A stretch of 64,000 nt of DNA, from assembly GCA_963793425.1 (NCBI GenBank), contig CAWCAG010000005.1, positions 896,001 through 960,000 of the forward strand, written 5' to 3'. This DNA is from an uncultured cyanobacterium. GTDB lineage: Bacteria > Cyanobacteriota > Cyanobacteriia > Cyanobacteriales > CAWCAG01. The position numbers were made by a program, and so were the translations under genes. Every line of letters starts with the position of its first letter. Position 1 is the stretch's first letter. This document shows positions 18,889-28,708 of this stretch, piece after piece. The notes beneath the pieces were generated by a model. It ran no database searches. It was not told where the DNA came from and was given only the letters and a program-made list of their open reading frames with translations.

Positions 18889-20229
18889 TCACTCGCAAGT
18901 AATCGAAAGATCATCTACCCAAACACGAGGACAAACCCCACCCGGAGTCACTTCTGCTTCCTTTTCCACATAAACAATTGCTTGCAACAACTCCCTAAAG
19001 TCTCCAGCAATGGTAGCAGAATCGATGCTAGTGCGTTTACCTTTTTCAATTAACCAACCATCAAAAGGTAAAGAAAAGGAACCTTGCAAAGCGTTTACTC
19101 CAGCATGGAGGGCGCTTAAATCATCGATCAAGATAACTTTTTCTGCTTCCTCTAAACTGTATTTCTGTTCGGCTGCTTCTCCTGCAAACACATGGTAATA
19201 ATGAGGACTGACGGTTACTTTCGCCCCGCTATTAGCATTGCCAGTAGGTTGGGTATTCATGCGTTTTGCTGTTCCTGCACTGTGGAGGAAATTCATTAAT
19301 ACCCCTTTATCAATTAAGGGAACACAACGAGTCGGAGTTCCTTCTCCGTCAAAGGTTTCCGCCGCAACATTTTCTGGATGCAAGGGATTATCGTTAACTG
19401 AAAGTAGGCCAGAAGCAATCAATTTGCCTAAAGATTCTGGAGTTGACAAACTACGATTGTCAAGGACACTCTGGGCATTAAAGAGGTTAGAAAATGCTCC
19501 CAACAAACCTAAAAATGCTTCAGCAGAGAAGACAACGCGGTATTTACCTGTGGGAATTTTATGATAATCAAGATGACTAATGGTTTTTTGTAGTGCTTCT
19601 TGCAAACAATCTTCTACAGGTAATTTAGCTACACTGGGGCTAACTTTATAACTCCCGGCACTGCGAGGCTTTTTGCCTTCTTCTTCAGTGGTGGTATAAA
19701 GATAAACCGCAGCATAGGAACGTTCTTCTTTACGCAATGCACCTTCACTGTTTAAATAAAAACGATCTACATCCTGCTGACTTAAGCCGTTGTAGGGAAC
19801 TTGTTTAATGGCAGGGTGGGCATTAACTAATTCTTGTTCCAATTTCACCAACTGCTCAATCAACTGAGAAACCGGGGCTTGTTCAGCTTTGCCATTCTCT
19901 ACCTCAGCAGCATTAGCTTTGGCTTCAGGGCTAAAATCCGGTACGTTTTCTGTTACCCCAAAGTAACTTGCTTCTTGGGCAGTTTGCAAAGCTAATTCAA
20001 TACCTCTAGGATCAACATCGGTGGTAGATGTCACTCCCATAGTATTTTTTTCATTCCAAACCCGCACAATGACATTAGAACGGTTAGAAGCCTTAACCTG
20101 CTTCGGTTCACCACTATCTACTTGTACACTAGTTTGGTCAACAGTGGAACCATAAATGTCGTATTTGTTAATGCCAAGTTGCTTGGCACTAGTTTGGGCA
20201 TAGTTCGCTATTTCTTTGATTGCAGTCAT
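18889..20229 (-). CDS. pmbA: TldD/PmbA family protein (PmbA/TldE subunit)
   Basis: FDGEGTPT, QGSFSLPFDG, TIAGDF; lacks HExxxH; follows tldD; start set at the ATG of MTAIKEIA. Confidence 0.85.
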   Translation of the reverse strand: MTAIKEIANYAQTSAKQLGINKYDIYGSTVDQTSVQVDSGEPKQVKASNRSNVIVRVWNEKNTMGVTSTTDVDPRGIELALQTAQEASYFGVTENVPDFSPEAKANAAEVENGKAEQAPVSQLIEQLVKLEQELVNAHPAIKQVPYNGLSQQDVDRFYLNSEGALRKEERSYAAVYLYTTTEEEGKKPRSAGSYKVSPSVAKLPVEDCLQEALQKTISHLDYHKIPTGKYRVVFSAEAFLGLLGAFSNLFNAQSVLDNRSLSTPESLGKLIASGLLSVNDNPLHPENVAAETFDGEGTPTRCVPLIDKGVLMNFLHSAGTAKRMNTQPTGNANSGAKVTVSPHYYHVFAGEAAEQKYSLEEAEKVILIDDLSALHAGVNALQGSFSLPFDGWLIEKGKRTSIDSATIAGDFRELLQAIVYVEKEAEVTPGGVCPRVWVDDLSITCE

Positions 20230-20264
20230 CTTTTGTTCGATAATAGGTAAACGTTGCAAATAAC

Positions 20265-20323
20265 AGGCGACCCAATGTAGATTATTATTGCTCAAAAATA
20301 CTTGACAAACGGGTCGCCCCTAC
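20265..20323. repeat. REP-like palindrome (GGCGACCC...GGGTCGCCCCTAC)
   Basis: Related elements at 13872-13933, 26357-26415, 29936-29996 and 45812-45857. Confidence 0.7.
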
Positions 20324-20417
20324 ATTTGTCATTCTTCAGCTAGCCATTGTCGCAAGCATCACTAATAACTGTTCATTGATGCCTAACGGCAACGGCAAGC
20401 CGTACATTGATAACTGA

Positions 20418-21891
20418 TTACCTTCCGCCTACGGTAATGGAGTCAACTTTGAGATGGGGCTGTCCTACGGTGACGTAAATACTACCGCTAATGGAGCCAC
20501 AGAAGCCAGCAGCAAGCCCTAAGTCTTCTGAACACATGGAAATACGATTCATGATGTCTTTGGCTTCACCGATGAGTATGGCTCCTTTGAGAGGTTTGGT
20601 AATTTTGCCATTTTCAATTAAGTAAGCTTCTTCTACCCCAAAGTTAAATTCTCCTGTGGGGCCAGACACTGCCGCCGCCCATTTTCTTACAATAGATACC
20701 TTTGTCCACAGAAGCAAACAAATCATCTACAGAATGATCTCCTGGTGCAATGTAGGTGTTACGCATTCTGGATGCAGCCGCGAAGGTGTAGTTTTGACGA
20801 CGACCACTTCCGGTGCGAGGATGGCCAGTGCGTACTGAACCGGCCCTGTCTGCTAAGAAGTTTTTGAGGATACCATTTTCAATTAATAAGGTACGTTGTG
20901 CAGGCATCCCTTCATCGTCCATGTCAATTGTTCCAAAGGCATTGTCACTACGCCCTTCATCCCAAGCTGTTAAGCTTTCATGGGCAATCTTTTCACCTTT
21001 TTTATCCATGAAAGGAGTAGTTTTCCGTTCAATTTGGGTGGTTTCTAAAAGGTGTCCACAGGCTTCATGGAAGATGACACCACCGAACTTATTAGCCATA
21101 ATAATGGGGTAAGTTCCTGCTTCTACATAATCGGCGTAGAGCATTTTTCCGGCACTTTCTGCTAACTCTGCGGTGGATGATTGATAATCCCAGTTGCGGA
21201 GGAAAGCAGGGTTGCTGGTGTCTCCATCCCGTAAAGCATTGGAGGTACGATTTGCCCCATCTGCACAGAGGACGTTGATACCAATAGATTGAGTTAAGCG
21301 AATATCCCTAGCAAAAGTGCCATCGCTTGAAGCTACCATCACCTCTTGCCAGTCTCGAAAATATCTACCTTGGCGAGATTGCAGGTGAGAAGCTTTTTTT
21401 TCTAGGGCTGTATTTGCATCCAACAATACTTCTCCCATTTCCCGGATGGAACTACATTGAGTTAACCAACCATCCTTATTACCTACGGTAGCGTAATCTC
21501 GGAACAGTTCTAGGTTGATTTCGGGAATACTAGCATTGGGGGCAGGGAGTTGCAAACCTAAGATGGAAAGCCCTTTTTCTAAAATCGCTTTTAAACCAGA
21601 AAAGGAAACATCATTAGTACTAACATAACAATCTGCCGTACCACGAAAAACCCTTACACCTGCGCCTGTGGAAAGTCGGGGGGTAATGCTAGTGATTTTT
21701 TCATCTTCTGCTAAGCAGCTAATATAATTAACCCTTTCTAAGAAAAATTCCACAAAATCTGCACCTGCGGCTCGACCTAATCCTAACAGAGTTGCGAGGG
21801 GGGCTTCCCAAGTTTGGTCAAATTTATCTGTGGTAAAGTCGTAGCTAAGTTTAGGTAGTTCTTTGGATAAAAGTAATGTGGTTGAAGGCAT
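20418..21891 (-). pseudogene. tldD: TldD metalloprotease, split by a 1-bp insertion frameshift near 20665
   Basis: HEACGH zinc motif, DDEG, RMRNTYI in ORF 20644-21891; the C-terminus (GPTGEFNF...[15 protein letters not shown]) is in another frame. Confidence 0.85.
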
Positions 21892-22052
21892 AAAATATTT
21901 TCGCTTAAATTAAAGATGTAGCTCTATCTTTGAGTCTAGCAAAATGTTATTCTTTTGGTCTGAGAGAGTGATTGGAAAAGGAGATGATCAGAAACAGGAC
22001 TTACCCACTCAGCAATTGTCGTCCTGTTGTTGATGAAGAAGACGAATAAAAA

Positions 22053-22085
22053 GTAGGGTGTCGTTAGCCGTAGGCGTAACGCACC
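22053..22085 (+). repeat. Truncated copy of the REP-like element at 9668
   Basis: GTAGGGTGTCGTTAGCCGTAGGCGTAACGCACC identical to 9668-9700. Confidence 0.85.
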
Positions 22086-22094
22086 GCAAACTCT

Positions 22095-22175
22095 GAAGAG
22101 GATATTATTCTCGGTTTACATCCAGGTTATAAGCGCCGTTATACAGGCTATGGGGGCAGCTCAGCTGTGGTTTGA
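22095..22175 (+). pseudogene. C-terminal remnant of an XisI family protein
   Basis: Translates as EEDIILGLHPGYKRRYTGYG, matching the XisI C-terminal pattern (EDIVLGFHPP..R.YT.Y); no start codon. Confidence 0.6.
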
Positions 22176-22226
22176 ATAAGGGGAATCGCAACTCCACCTC
22201 TAATCATCAGCAATACAAAAAACTCA

Positions 22227-22297
22227 AGCGGGCGGCGGGAATCGAACCCGCATCATTAGCTTGGAAGGCTAAGGTTTTACCACTAAACTACGCCCGC
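22227..22297 (-). tRNA. tRNA-Gly (anticodon TCC)
   Basis: GCGGGCGTAGTTTAGTGGTAAAACCTTAGCCTTCCAAGCTAATGATGCGGGTTCGATTCCCGCCGCCCGCT cloverleaf; CCA not encoded. Confidence 0.97.
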
Positions 22298-22347
22298 AGT
22301 CTATAATTAAATAAGGTTAACATAAATTGCCACTGTTTGCAGAAAAA

Positions 22348-23127
22348 TTAGAAGGGATTGGTACTTAATTGGAGATGGTAGGAATAAGCGACAAATTCTC
22401 CTTCTACAACCGTAGGATTAAACTCCCAGTCTTGAAGAATCTCTGTGGCTAAGGCTTGGGCGGCTGCTGGACTAATGTTGCCTTGCTGAACTATTACAGT
22501 AGAATTAGGCTCAACATTGGCTTTACCATTAGTCTCAACTATAATAATCACCTCAAAAGTTAAAGGCTGTTTGGTAGGAAGATTCAGAGCATTGAGATTT
22601 TTAAACAGAGCCTTGTCGTTGGGTTTAATGGTTGCTGGTTGATCAATAGTATCAACATCTTGACCCGGATTGTCTATGTTTGTCCCTGTACGTTCAAATC
22701 GACCCACCTTAACTGTAAATCCTTGATTACCTTCAGGAAGACCAGGAGAAGGAGTAGGATTAGGAGTAGGATTAGGAGAGACTCTTGGTTTTGGTGTTGG
22801 AGTGGGGCTAGTTGAGGGAGATAGAGTAGGCGAGGGGGATGGAGTAGGAGGTTGATTAGGTTGGGGTGGAAGAGTGGGAATCTGTTTGCTGTTTGGGATT
22901 GTAGGTGGCTTTTGAGGCGGAATACTAGCTTTGGGAGTATCTACAGGAGATTGATTAGCCTTAACCGCAATAATGTCGATGGGAATAGTTGCTTTTTCAT
23001 CTCCCTTAGCACGATTGGGTAAGAATAGCCCCCATAATAACCAGAAACATAAGCCATGAATTGCTAAGGAACCTAATGCAACCATACCCCATAAACCTGG
23101 TGGATCTTGGTGGGAGTTTTTAAACAT
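22348..23127 (-). CDS. Membrane-anchored proline-rich protein, TonB-like architecture
   Basis: N-terminal TM with SLAIH, long Pro/Thr/Ser linker, C-terminal domain with WEFNP. Confidence 0.65.
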   Translation of the reverse strand: MFKNSHQDPPGLWGMVALGSLAIHGLCFWLLWGLFLPNRAKGDEKATIPIDIIAVKANQSPVDTPKASIPPQKPPTIPNSKQIPTLPPQPNQPPTPSPSPTLSPSTSPTPTPKPRVSPNPTPNPTPSPGLPEGNQGFTVKVGRFERTGTNIDNPGQDVDTIDQPATIKPNDKALFKNLNALNLPTKQPLTFEVIIIVETNGKANVEPNSTVIVQQGNISPAAAQALATEILQDWEFNPTVVEGEFVAYSYHLQLSTNPF

Positions 23128-23246
23128 AGTTGCTAATGGCTAGTTGCTAGTTGTAAAAGGCAATTCTTACCTTTGAAGTATAATAGCAACAGCTAAGGAA
23201 TGTTCAACCTCACTAACCTTTTGCCGTTGCCGTTAGGCATCATTGA

Positions 23247-23903
23247 TTAACTCCCTGTGCCAAAAGCGCGATCCCCTGCATCTCCTAAACCAGGAACAAT
23301 AAAACCTTGCTCATTTAATGCTTCATCAATAATTGCTGTATAAATATTGAGACTAGGGTAAGTTTGGCCCAACTTTTGTAAGGCTGGTGGGGCCGCCACT
23401 ACAGAAATTATTCTCATTAAACCAGGATCTGCACCACTACTAGTTAATTTTTCCATTGCTGCCATAATAGAACCCCCAGTAGCTAGCATTGGATCTAGGA
23501 TAATGATACGGGTTTGAGGGGGAAACTGTTTGGGTAAATTATCTAAATAGCAAGTTGGTTTGAGAGTTTCTTCATCCCTCGCTAAACCAAGATGATAGGT
23601 TGAAACTATGGGTAAAACAGTTTGCGCTCCATCTAACAAAGTTAACCCTGCCCGTAAAATTGGGACAACGGCTATGGGGACTTGAGGGTTAATCGTGACT
23701 CCTGAAGCTTGGGCGAGGGGGGTTTGTATTTGCACCTCTTCCCCAGGCAACCAATTACGCACCGCCTCATAAGTTAACCAACGCCCCAATTCTGTCATAG
23801 CACTTTTGAACATCACAGAAGGGGTTTGGTGATCGCGGGCTACAGCCAGCCAATGCTTAATTAAGGGATGATCGGGAACGTAAACACGTAATTGCAAAGC
23901 CAT
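23247..23903 (-). CDS. upp: Uracil phosphoribosyltransferase
   Basis: HPLIKHWL, VPILRAG, LDPMLATGGS, IVPGLGDAGDRAFGT. Confidence 0.97.
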   Translation of the reverse strand: MALQLRVYVPDHPLIKHWLAVARDHQTPSVMFKSAMTELGRWLTYEAVRNWLPGEEVQIQTPLAQASGVTINPQVPIAVVPILRAGLTLLDGAQTVLPIVSTYHLGLARDEETLKPTCYLDNLPKQFPPQTRIIILDPMLATGGSIMAAMEKLTSSGADPGLMRIISVVAAPPALQKLGQTYPSLNIYTAIIDEALNEQGFIVPGLGDAGDRAFGTGS

Positions 23904-24077
23904 ATCAATGATCAATGATCAGTTATCAATGATTATTGTACGGCTTGCCGTTACCGTTAGGCATCAGTTGTTAATTTTGCTTGTTGCCATTGGGAATTAA
24001 CTATAGAGGTTGAAGCTATCATAAATTCAACCTCAGTTTAGTGAGGATTCTTTAATCTCTTAACCTCACTCCAACCC

Positions 24078-24139
24078 TTGATAAGTTATTGAGAAATATT
24101 TCTCTTAGTGTTGACATGTTTTATCAATAAGTCTATATT
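24078..24139 (+). promoter_or_regulatory. IsaR1 promoter with AT-rich Fur-box-like sequence
   Basis: TTGACA (24111-24116)-N17-TATATT (24134-24139); TTGATAAGTTATTGAGAAATATTTCTC immediately upstream. Confidence 0.65.
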
Positions 24140-24145
24140 TGATTT

Positions 24146-24227
24146 CAGTGTTCTCCTCTCTTAAGAGATCGGCAGGTAGGATTGGTTAGCAGGCAAGGCA
24201 TGGCTAACCAGTCTCCTCTTTCTTTTT
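24146..24227 (+). ncRNA. isaR1: Iron-stress-activated sRNA IsaR1
   Basis: 5' CAGTGTTCTCCTCTCTTAAG..GATCGGCAGG matches the IsaR1 seed region; terminator hairpin GATTGGTTAGC...GCTAACCAGTC plus U-tail; divergent from upp, the known synteny. Confidence 0.85.
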
Positions 24228-24281
24228 GGCTTTAAGATATATAAGGTTGGAATAAGATACTTAAACAATGGAGACAAAGGT

Positions 24282-25091
24282 ATGATTCGCTGGATATTGA
24301 CTCTATTTTGCTTTTGCTACTTTTTGAGTATTGCCACACCAGTTATGGCGCAAGAAGCTGATTTACCTGCTGTGACGCAACAACAATTGCAAAAAGGGGA
24401 AGAAACGGCTCAAAAAGCTTTGAATGCTGCCCAAAGAGGAGATTTTGTTACCGCAGAGGAGTATTGGACAGAGTTAACAGAAGCGTTTCCCACTAACCCA
24501 GCGGTATGGAGTAATCGAGGCAACATACGAGTTAGCCAAAATAAATTAGTAGAGGCGATCGCCGATTTTGATAAATCCATTCAGTTAGCCCCAGAGGCAG
24601 CAGATCCCTATTTAAACAGAGGTGCGGCTTATGAAGGGCAGGGGCGCTGGCAAGAAGCTTTAGCCGATTATGAAAAAGTTTTAAGTATTGCTCCCGAAGA
24701 ACCTTTAGCGTACAATAACCGAGGTAATGCGAAAGCGGGGCAAGGACGCTGGGAAGAAGCCCTACAAGACTATGAGAAAGCAGCAGACATGGCTCCTGAG
24801 TTTGCTTTCGCCCGTGCTAATTATGCCTTAGCCGCTTATCAAACAAATCGCCAAGAAAAAGCATTGCGTACCATGCGTAACCTAGTACGCAAGTATCCCA
24901 TGTTTCCTGATATGCGGGCAGCCCTAACCGCAGCACTTTGGCAACAAGGACAACAAGGAGAAGCAGAAAGCAACTGGGTAGCAGCAGTTGGTATTGACAA
25001 TCGTTATCAAGATATTGATTGGGTAAAAAATGTTCGACGCTGGCCTCCTAAAATGGTGGTGGCTTTGGAAAAGTTTCTTAGTTTAGAGTGA
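24282..25091 (+). CDS. TPR repeat protein with signal peptide
   Basis: Repeated WSNRGN/YLNRGA/YNNRGN TPR units; C-terminal RRWPP. Confidence 0.9.
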   Translation: MIRWILTLFCFCYFLSIATPVMAQEADLPAVTQQQLQKGEETAQKALNAAQRGDFVTAEEYWTELTEAFPTNPAVWSNRGNIRVSQNKLVEAIADFDKSIQLAPEAADPYLNRGAAYEGQGRWQEALADYEKVLSIAPEEPLAYNNRGNAKAGQGRWEEALQDYEKAADMAPEFAFARANYALAAYQTNRQEKALRTMRNLVRKYPMFPDMRAALTAALWQQGQQGEAESNWVAAVGIDNRYQDIDWVKNVRRWPPKMVVALEKFLSLE

Positions 25092-25253
25092 TTGTGGAAA
25101 CTGGGTGACTGGGAAAGGGGTAGGCTGTTATGCTGTTCTCGTACTGATGAGGTAAGCTTTGTTTATTTCCATATTTCAACTAGCCATTAGCCACTAGCCA
25201 TTAGCAAAAACAAGAATCTAGACTGTACCTCACGCTTACTCTTGTATTGCTTA

Positions 25254-26240
25254 TTACTTGATTTCTCTAACTCTTTCCGAATAATCCTGGGGACGCGATC
25301 GCCGAAAGCTTTTTAAAGCTGTTTGGCGTAAACTTAAAGGTAGGTAAGATAAAAGAAAACCCAAAGTGGATTTTTTGGAGTTTCCTAACACCTTTTCTGC
25401 TACTTGTAAAAGTTTTCTTCCTGCTGCTGCTTCACCATTTTCAATTAACCTTAAACCTAAAGCTTGTTGAGTTCCTGCCAACTTATATTGTCTGTCTTTT
25501 TCTAATTCTGAATCAGGAAATCGATAACTATCAATACAAAATACTTTCGCTTTTAAAAAATGGAGATTTTGTCTTAAGCTAGTTTGCTGTCCGTGGAAGC
25601 GATATTCCATTAATAATTCCGGTAAGAAATAACCTTTTTTCCCCGCTAAAGCTAAGCGTACCAACAAGTCAAAATCCTCACAACCATCAGCTTCCGGACG
25701 CATATAATCAATTTCTTGTAAACAAGCATAGTGAAAAAGAGTAGAACCAACTTGTAAGCTTTGTTTTTGGAAAGTTTCTCTCATCAAATCGGAAATTATT
25801 CCTGTTTGAAGATTATCTTTCCCCCACTTAGCAGAATTTTCTTTCGTTGCTTCTTCATCCCGTTTTCCTTGGCTATTAATAACCCAGTGATCTGTACAAA
25901 CAAAATCCACTTCAGGATGATGATCTAAAACTGCTACAGTTTTGGCTAAAAATTCCGGAGTTAAGCTATCATCATCATCGAATTTAATAAAATACTCTCC
26001 CTTTGCGGACTCAAAACCGGAACGCATATTACGACTACGGCCGATATTTTGGGGATGACGGAGATAATTAAGGCGAGGATCTTCCCATTTACTGACGACT
26101 TCTGGAGTATCATCAGTGGAACCATCATCGCAGATAATTAGTTCAAAATCTTGGTAAGTTTGGTTAAGTACGCTGTTAACAGAATAAGCTAAATAATCAG
26201 AACGATTATAAGTGGGTATACAAACACTAACTTTAGGCAT
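25254..26240 (-). CDS. Glycosyltransferase family 2 protein
   Basis: VSVCIPTYNR, DDGSTD, FDDDD, EDFDL; start set at MPKVS. Confidence 0.9.
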   Translation of the reverse strand: MPKVSVCIPTYNRSDYLAYSVNSVLNQTYQDFELIICDDGSTDDTPEVVSKWEDPRLNYLRHPQNIGRSRNMRSGFESAKGEYFIKFDDDDSLTPEFLAKTVAVLDHHPEVDFVCTDHWVINSQGKRDEEATKENSAKWGKDNLQTGIISDLMRETFQKQSLQVGSTLFHYACLQEIDYMRPEADGCEDFDLLVRLALAGKKGYFLPELLMEYRFHGQQTSLRQNLHFLKAKVFCIDSYRFPDSELEKDRQYKLAGTQQALGLRLIENGEAAAGRKLLQVAEKVLGNSKKSTLGFLLSYLPLSLRQTALKSFRRSRPQDYSERVREIK

Positions 26241-26449
26241 AATCAGGTATTGGCGAGTGATAACTATACAGCTTGTTGTTGCCGTTAGGCATGATTGAGT
26301 TATAACGGTATAGGAATTCCAGCGTAGCATCCATATTTACTCATCATCTTTAGGAAAGGGTGACCCAACTAAATTGATTTGTAGTCGCCTAAGATAATGG
26401 AGACGGGTTGCCCCTACTACACCGGTTAATGTTTAATGGTAAATGTTAA

Positions 26450-27421
26450 ATGATACTACCCCCAGTTGCAGTCATTATTCCCGTTTATAATGGCGAAGCA
26501 GATCTGCCTAATCTGGTGGATTGTTTATTATGCCAAACCTATCCTGCTGAATTGGTGGAGTATTTGTTAGTAGATAACAATAGTGGCGATCGCACCGCAA
26601 AACTTATTCAGGAGGCTGAGGAGAAAGCTAAGTTTCAAGGTATTACCCTACATTACCTCTCTGAAGACCAAATCCAAAGTTCCTATGCAGCTAGGAATAA
26701 AGGGATTCAAGCCACCAAAGCAGAAATTCTCGCTTTTACCGATGCCGATTGTCGTCCCCAACCAGATTGGTTGATGAAACTAATTCCCCCTTTTGCTAAG
26801 CCGGAAATTGGTTTAGTGGTAGGAGAAATCCTCGCCTTACCTGGTAACACTCTCCTGGAAAAACACGCTGAGGGGCAAGGTATTTTATCCCAGAAGAATA
26901 CCCTAGCACATTCGTTTTGTCCCTATGGTCAAACAGCAAACTTAGCAGTCAGGAGAAAAGCCTTTGCAGAAGTTGGTTTGTTCCGTCCTTACCTTACCAC
27001 AGGGGGAGATGCAGATATGTGTTGGCGCATCCAAAAAGAGGCTTTCTGGCAACTCCATTTTGCCGAAGATGCCATCATCCGTCACCGTCACCGTGAGACA
27101 ATCAAAGAATTAGCCAGTCAATGGCGCAGATATGGACGATCTAACCTTTACTTAAACCAACTCCACGGCATTCCCCTACGTCCTAAAGTTGAGAAGAAGT
27201 ATTACCTTTTTTTACTTACTCGTTGGTTATTAAAAGAACTACCTTTGAATGTAGTTAAAGCCCTGCTTGGGAAAACTAATTATATAAATGCGATCGCAAC
27301 TCCGATTAATGTTTTTTGTATCAAAGCTAGGGATGAAGGTCAAGCTCAAGCAAGTTTACCTGAAGAAGCTAAGCAAATCCCCTCTTATTTTGACAGGGTT
27401 ACTGGGGGAAGTAATAAGTAA
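26450..27421 (+). CDS. Glycosyltransferase family 2 protein
   Basis: VIIPVYN, VDNNS, AARNKG, FTDADC, GGDAD. Confidence 0.9.
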   Translation: MILPPVAVIIPVYNGEADLPNLVDCLLCQTYPAELVEYLLVDNNSGDRTAKLIQEAEEKAKFQGITLHYLSEDQIQSSYAARNKGIQATKAEILAFTDADCRPQPDWLMKLIPPFAKPEIGLVVGEILALPGNTLLEKHAEGQGILSQKNTLAHSFCPYGQTANLAVRRKAFAEVGLFRPYLTTGGDADMCWRIQKEAFWQLHFAEDAIIRHRHRETIKELASQWRRYGRSNLYLNQLHGIPLRPKVEKKYYLFLLTRWLLKELPLNVVKALLGKTNYINAIATPINVFCIKARDEGQAQASLPEEAKQIPSYFDRVTGGSNK

Positions 27422-27495
27422 TAAGTAATAAGTTAAGAATATACTATTTCCTTACACGATTAGCAATTAGCAATTAGCCACTAGCCACTAGCAAT

Positions 27496-28407
27496 ATGAA
27501 AATTTCTGCCATCATTTGTACCCATAACCGAGATAATTATCTTGGTGCAGCTATTGATAGTTTACTCGAACAGGATTTTGCTGATTATGAAGTTTTAGTA
27601 GTTGATAATGCTTCTACTGATAATACTCGTAAAGTAGTAGAAGAGCGTCTTGAGCATCCTCGTTTGCGTTATCTTTATGAATCCACCCTGGGCTTATCTG
27701 CTGCCCGTAATCGAGGTGCAAAAGAGACATCCGGAGAGATTATTGCTTATTTAGATGATGATGCTGAAGCGAGTCGTCAATGGTTAAAAGAATTGGTTGT
27801 TGCTTATGAAAATAACGATAAATTAGCGGTGGCTGGCGGAAAAGTGACCTTGATTTGGCCTGAAGATATGACCCCTCCTCAATGGATTTCTCAAGAACTA
27901 TCAGGTAATTTAGGTTACTATGATTTAGGAGATGAAGTAGTTTTAATTACCGAGCCGGGCTTAACTCCTAGGGGGCTAAATTATTCCTTACGTCGCACTT
28001 TTCTCGACTCCATTGGTGGCTTTGATATTAACTTAGGCAGAGTGGGCAAAAACTTACTTTCCAACGAAGAATTATATATGACCGAACTTGCTTTGCAAAA
28101 AGGTTGGCAAGTCGCCTATATTCCCAAAGCATTAGCTGCCCATAATGTCTCTCTTGAGCGTACCAAACCGGGCTGGTTTTTGTCTCGTAGTTGGTGGCAA
28201 GGAATTAGTGAATGTTATCGTGAAGAGGTGGCAGGGAGGACAGGCTGGCAGCAAATTGAAAGAGGTTCAGAACGTATTGTCCGAGGGTTATATAAGTCTC
28301 TAAAGTACTTCCGTAACCCGGCAGTGCGTTTTGATAATTTCGCTTATGCTTATGGTCAATTTGGTTATTTAAAAGCAGTTATTCAACATTGGCTTTCTAT
28401 TAAGTAG
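27496..28407 (+). CDS. Glycosyltransferase family 2 protein
   Basis: ISAIICTHNR, VDNASTD, LSAARNRG, YLDDDA, SNEE. Confidence 0.9.
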   Translation: MKISAIICTHNRDNYLGAAIDSLLEQDFADYEVLVVDNASTDNTRKVVEERLEHPRLRYLYESTLGLSAARNRGAKETSGEIIAYLDDDAEASRQWLKELVVAYENNDKLAVAGGKVTLIWPEDMTPPQWISQELSGNLGYYDLGDEVVLITEPGLTPRGLNYSLRRTFLDSIGGFDINLGRVGKNLLSNEELYMTELALQKGWQVAYIPKALAAHNVSLERTKPGWFLSRSWWQGISECYREEVAGRTGWQQIERGSERIVRGLYKSLKYFRNPAVRFDNFAYAYGQFGYLKAVIQHWLSIK

Positions 28408-28427
28408 ATGCAACTGGTAGACTGGGG

Positions 28428-28577
28428 GATTTATTTACGGTTTTCAATATTGGTGGTGACAAATATCGTTTGATCGCTTTTATTGATTACAAATACCAGA
28501 AAATCTTTATTCGCCATGTTCTCACTCATAGTGACTATAGCAAAGATACTTGGAAAAAAGACAACTGGTATAAGTAA
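28428..28577 (+). pseudogene. higB: 5'-truncated HigB family toxin remnant
   Basis: Not in the ORF track; reads FTVFNIGGDKYRLIAFIDYKYQKIFIRHVLTHSDYSKDTWK, the HigB C-terminal signature; in-frame stop upstream and no ATG. Confidence 0.8.
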
Positions 28578-28708
28578 TATGACTTGGAAAGCTAATTATC
28601 CCATAGCTAATTAAGCTCATCTTAGGAACCTGATTAATATCTATATTCTGAAAAGCTTGTTCAGCAAGCTTTTCAGGAATAATTTCAGGTAAGTTAATAG
28701 AGGACAAT

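Noticed and set aside
20418..20726. Separate 102-aa gene
   Set aside because: It is the frameshifted C-terminus of tldD, not an independent gene
22227..22297. Intact integrative element at tRNA-Gly
   Set aside because: No integrase and no duplicated tRNA 3' end were seen in the window
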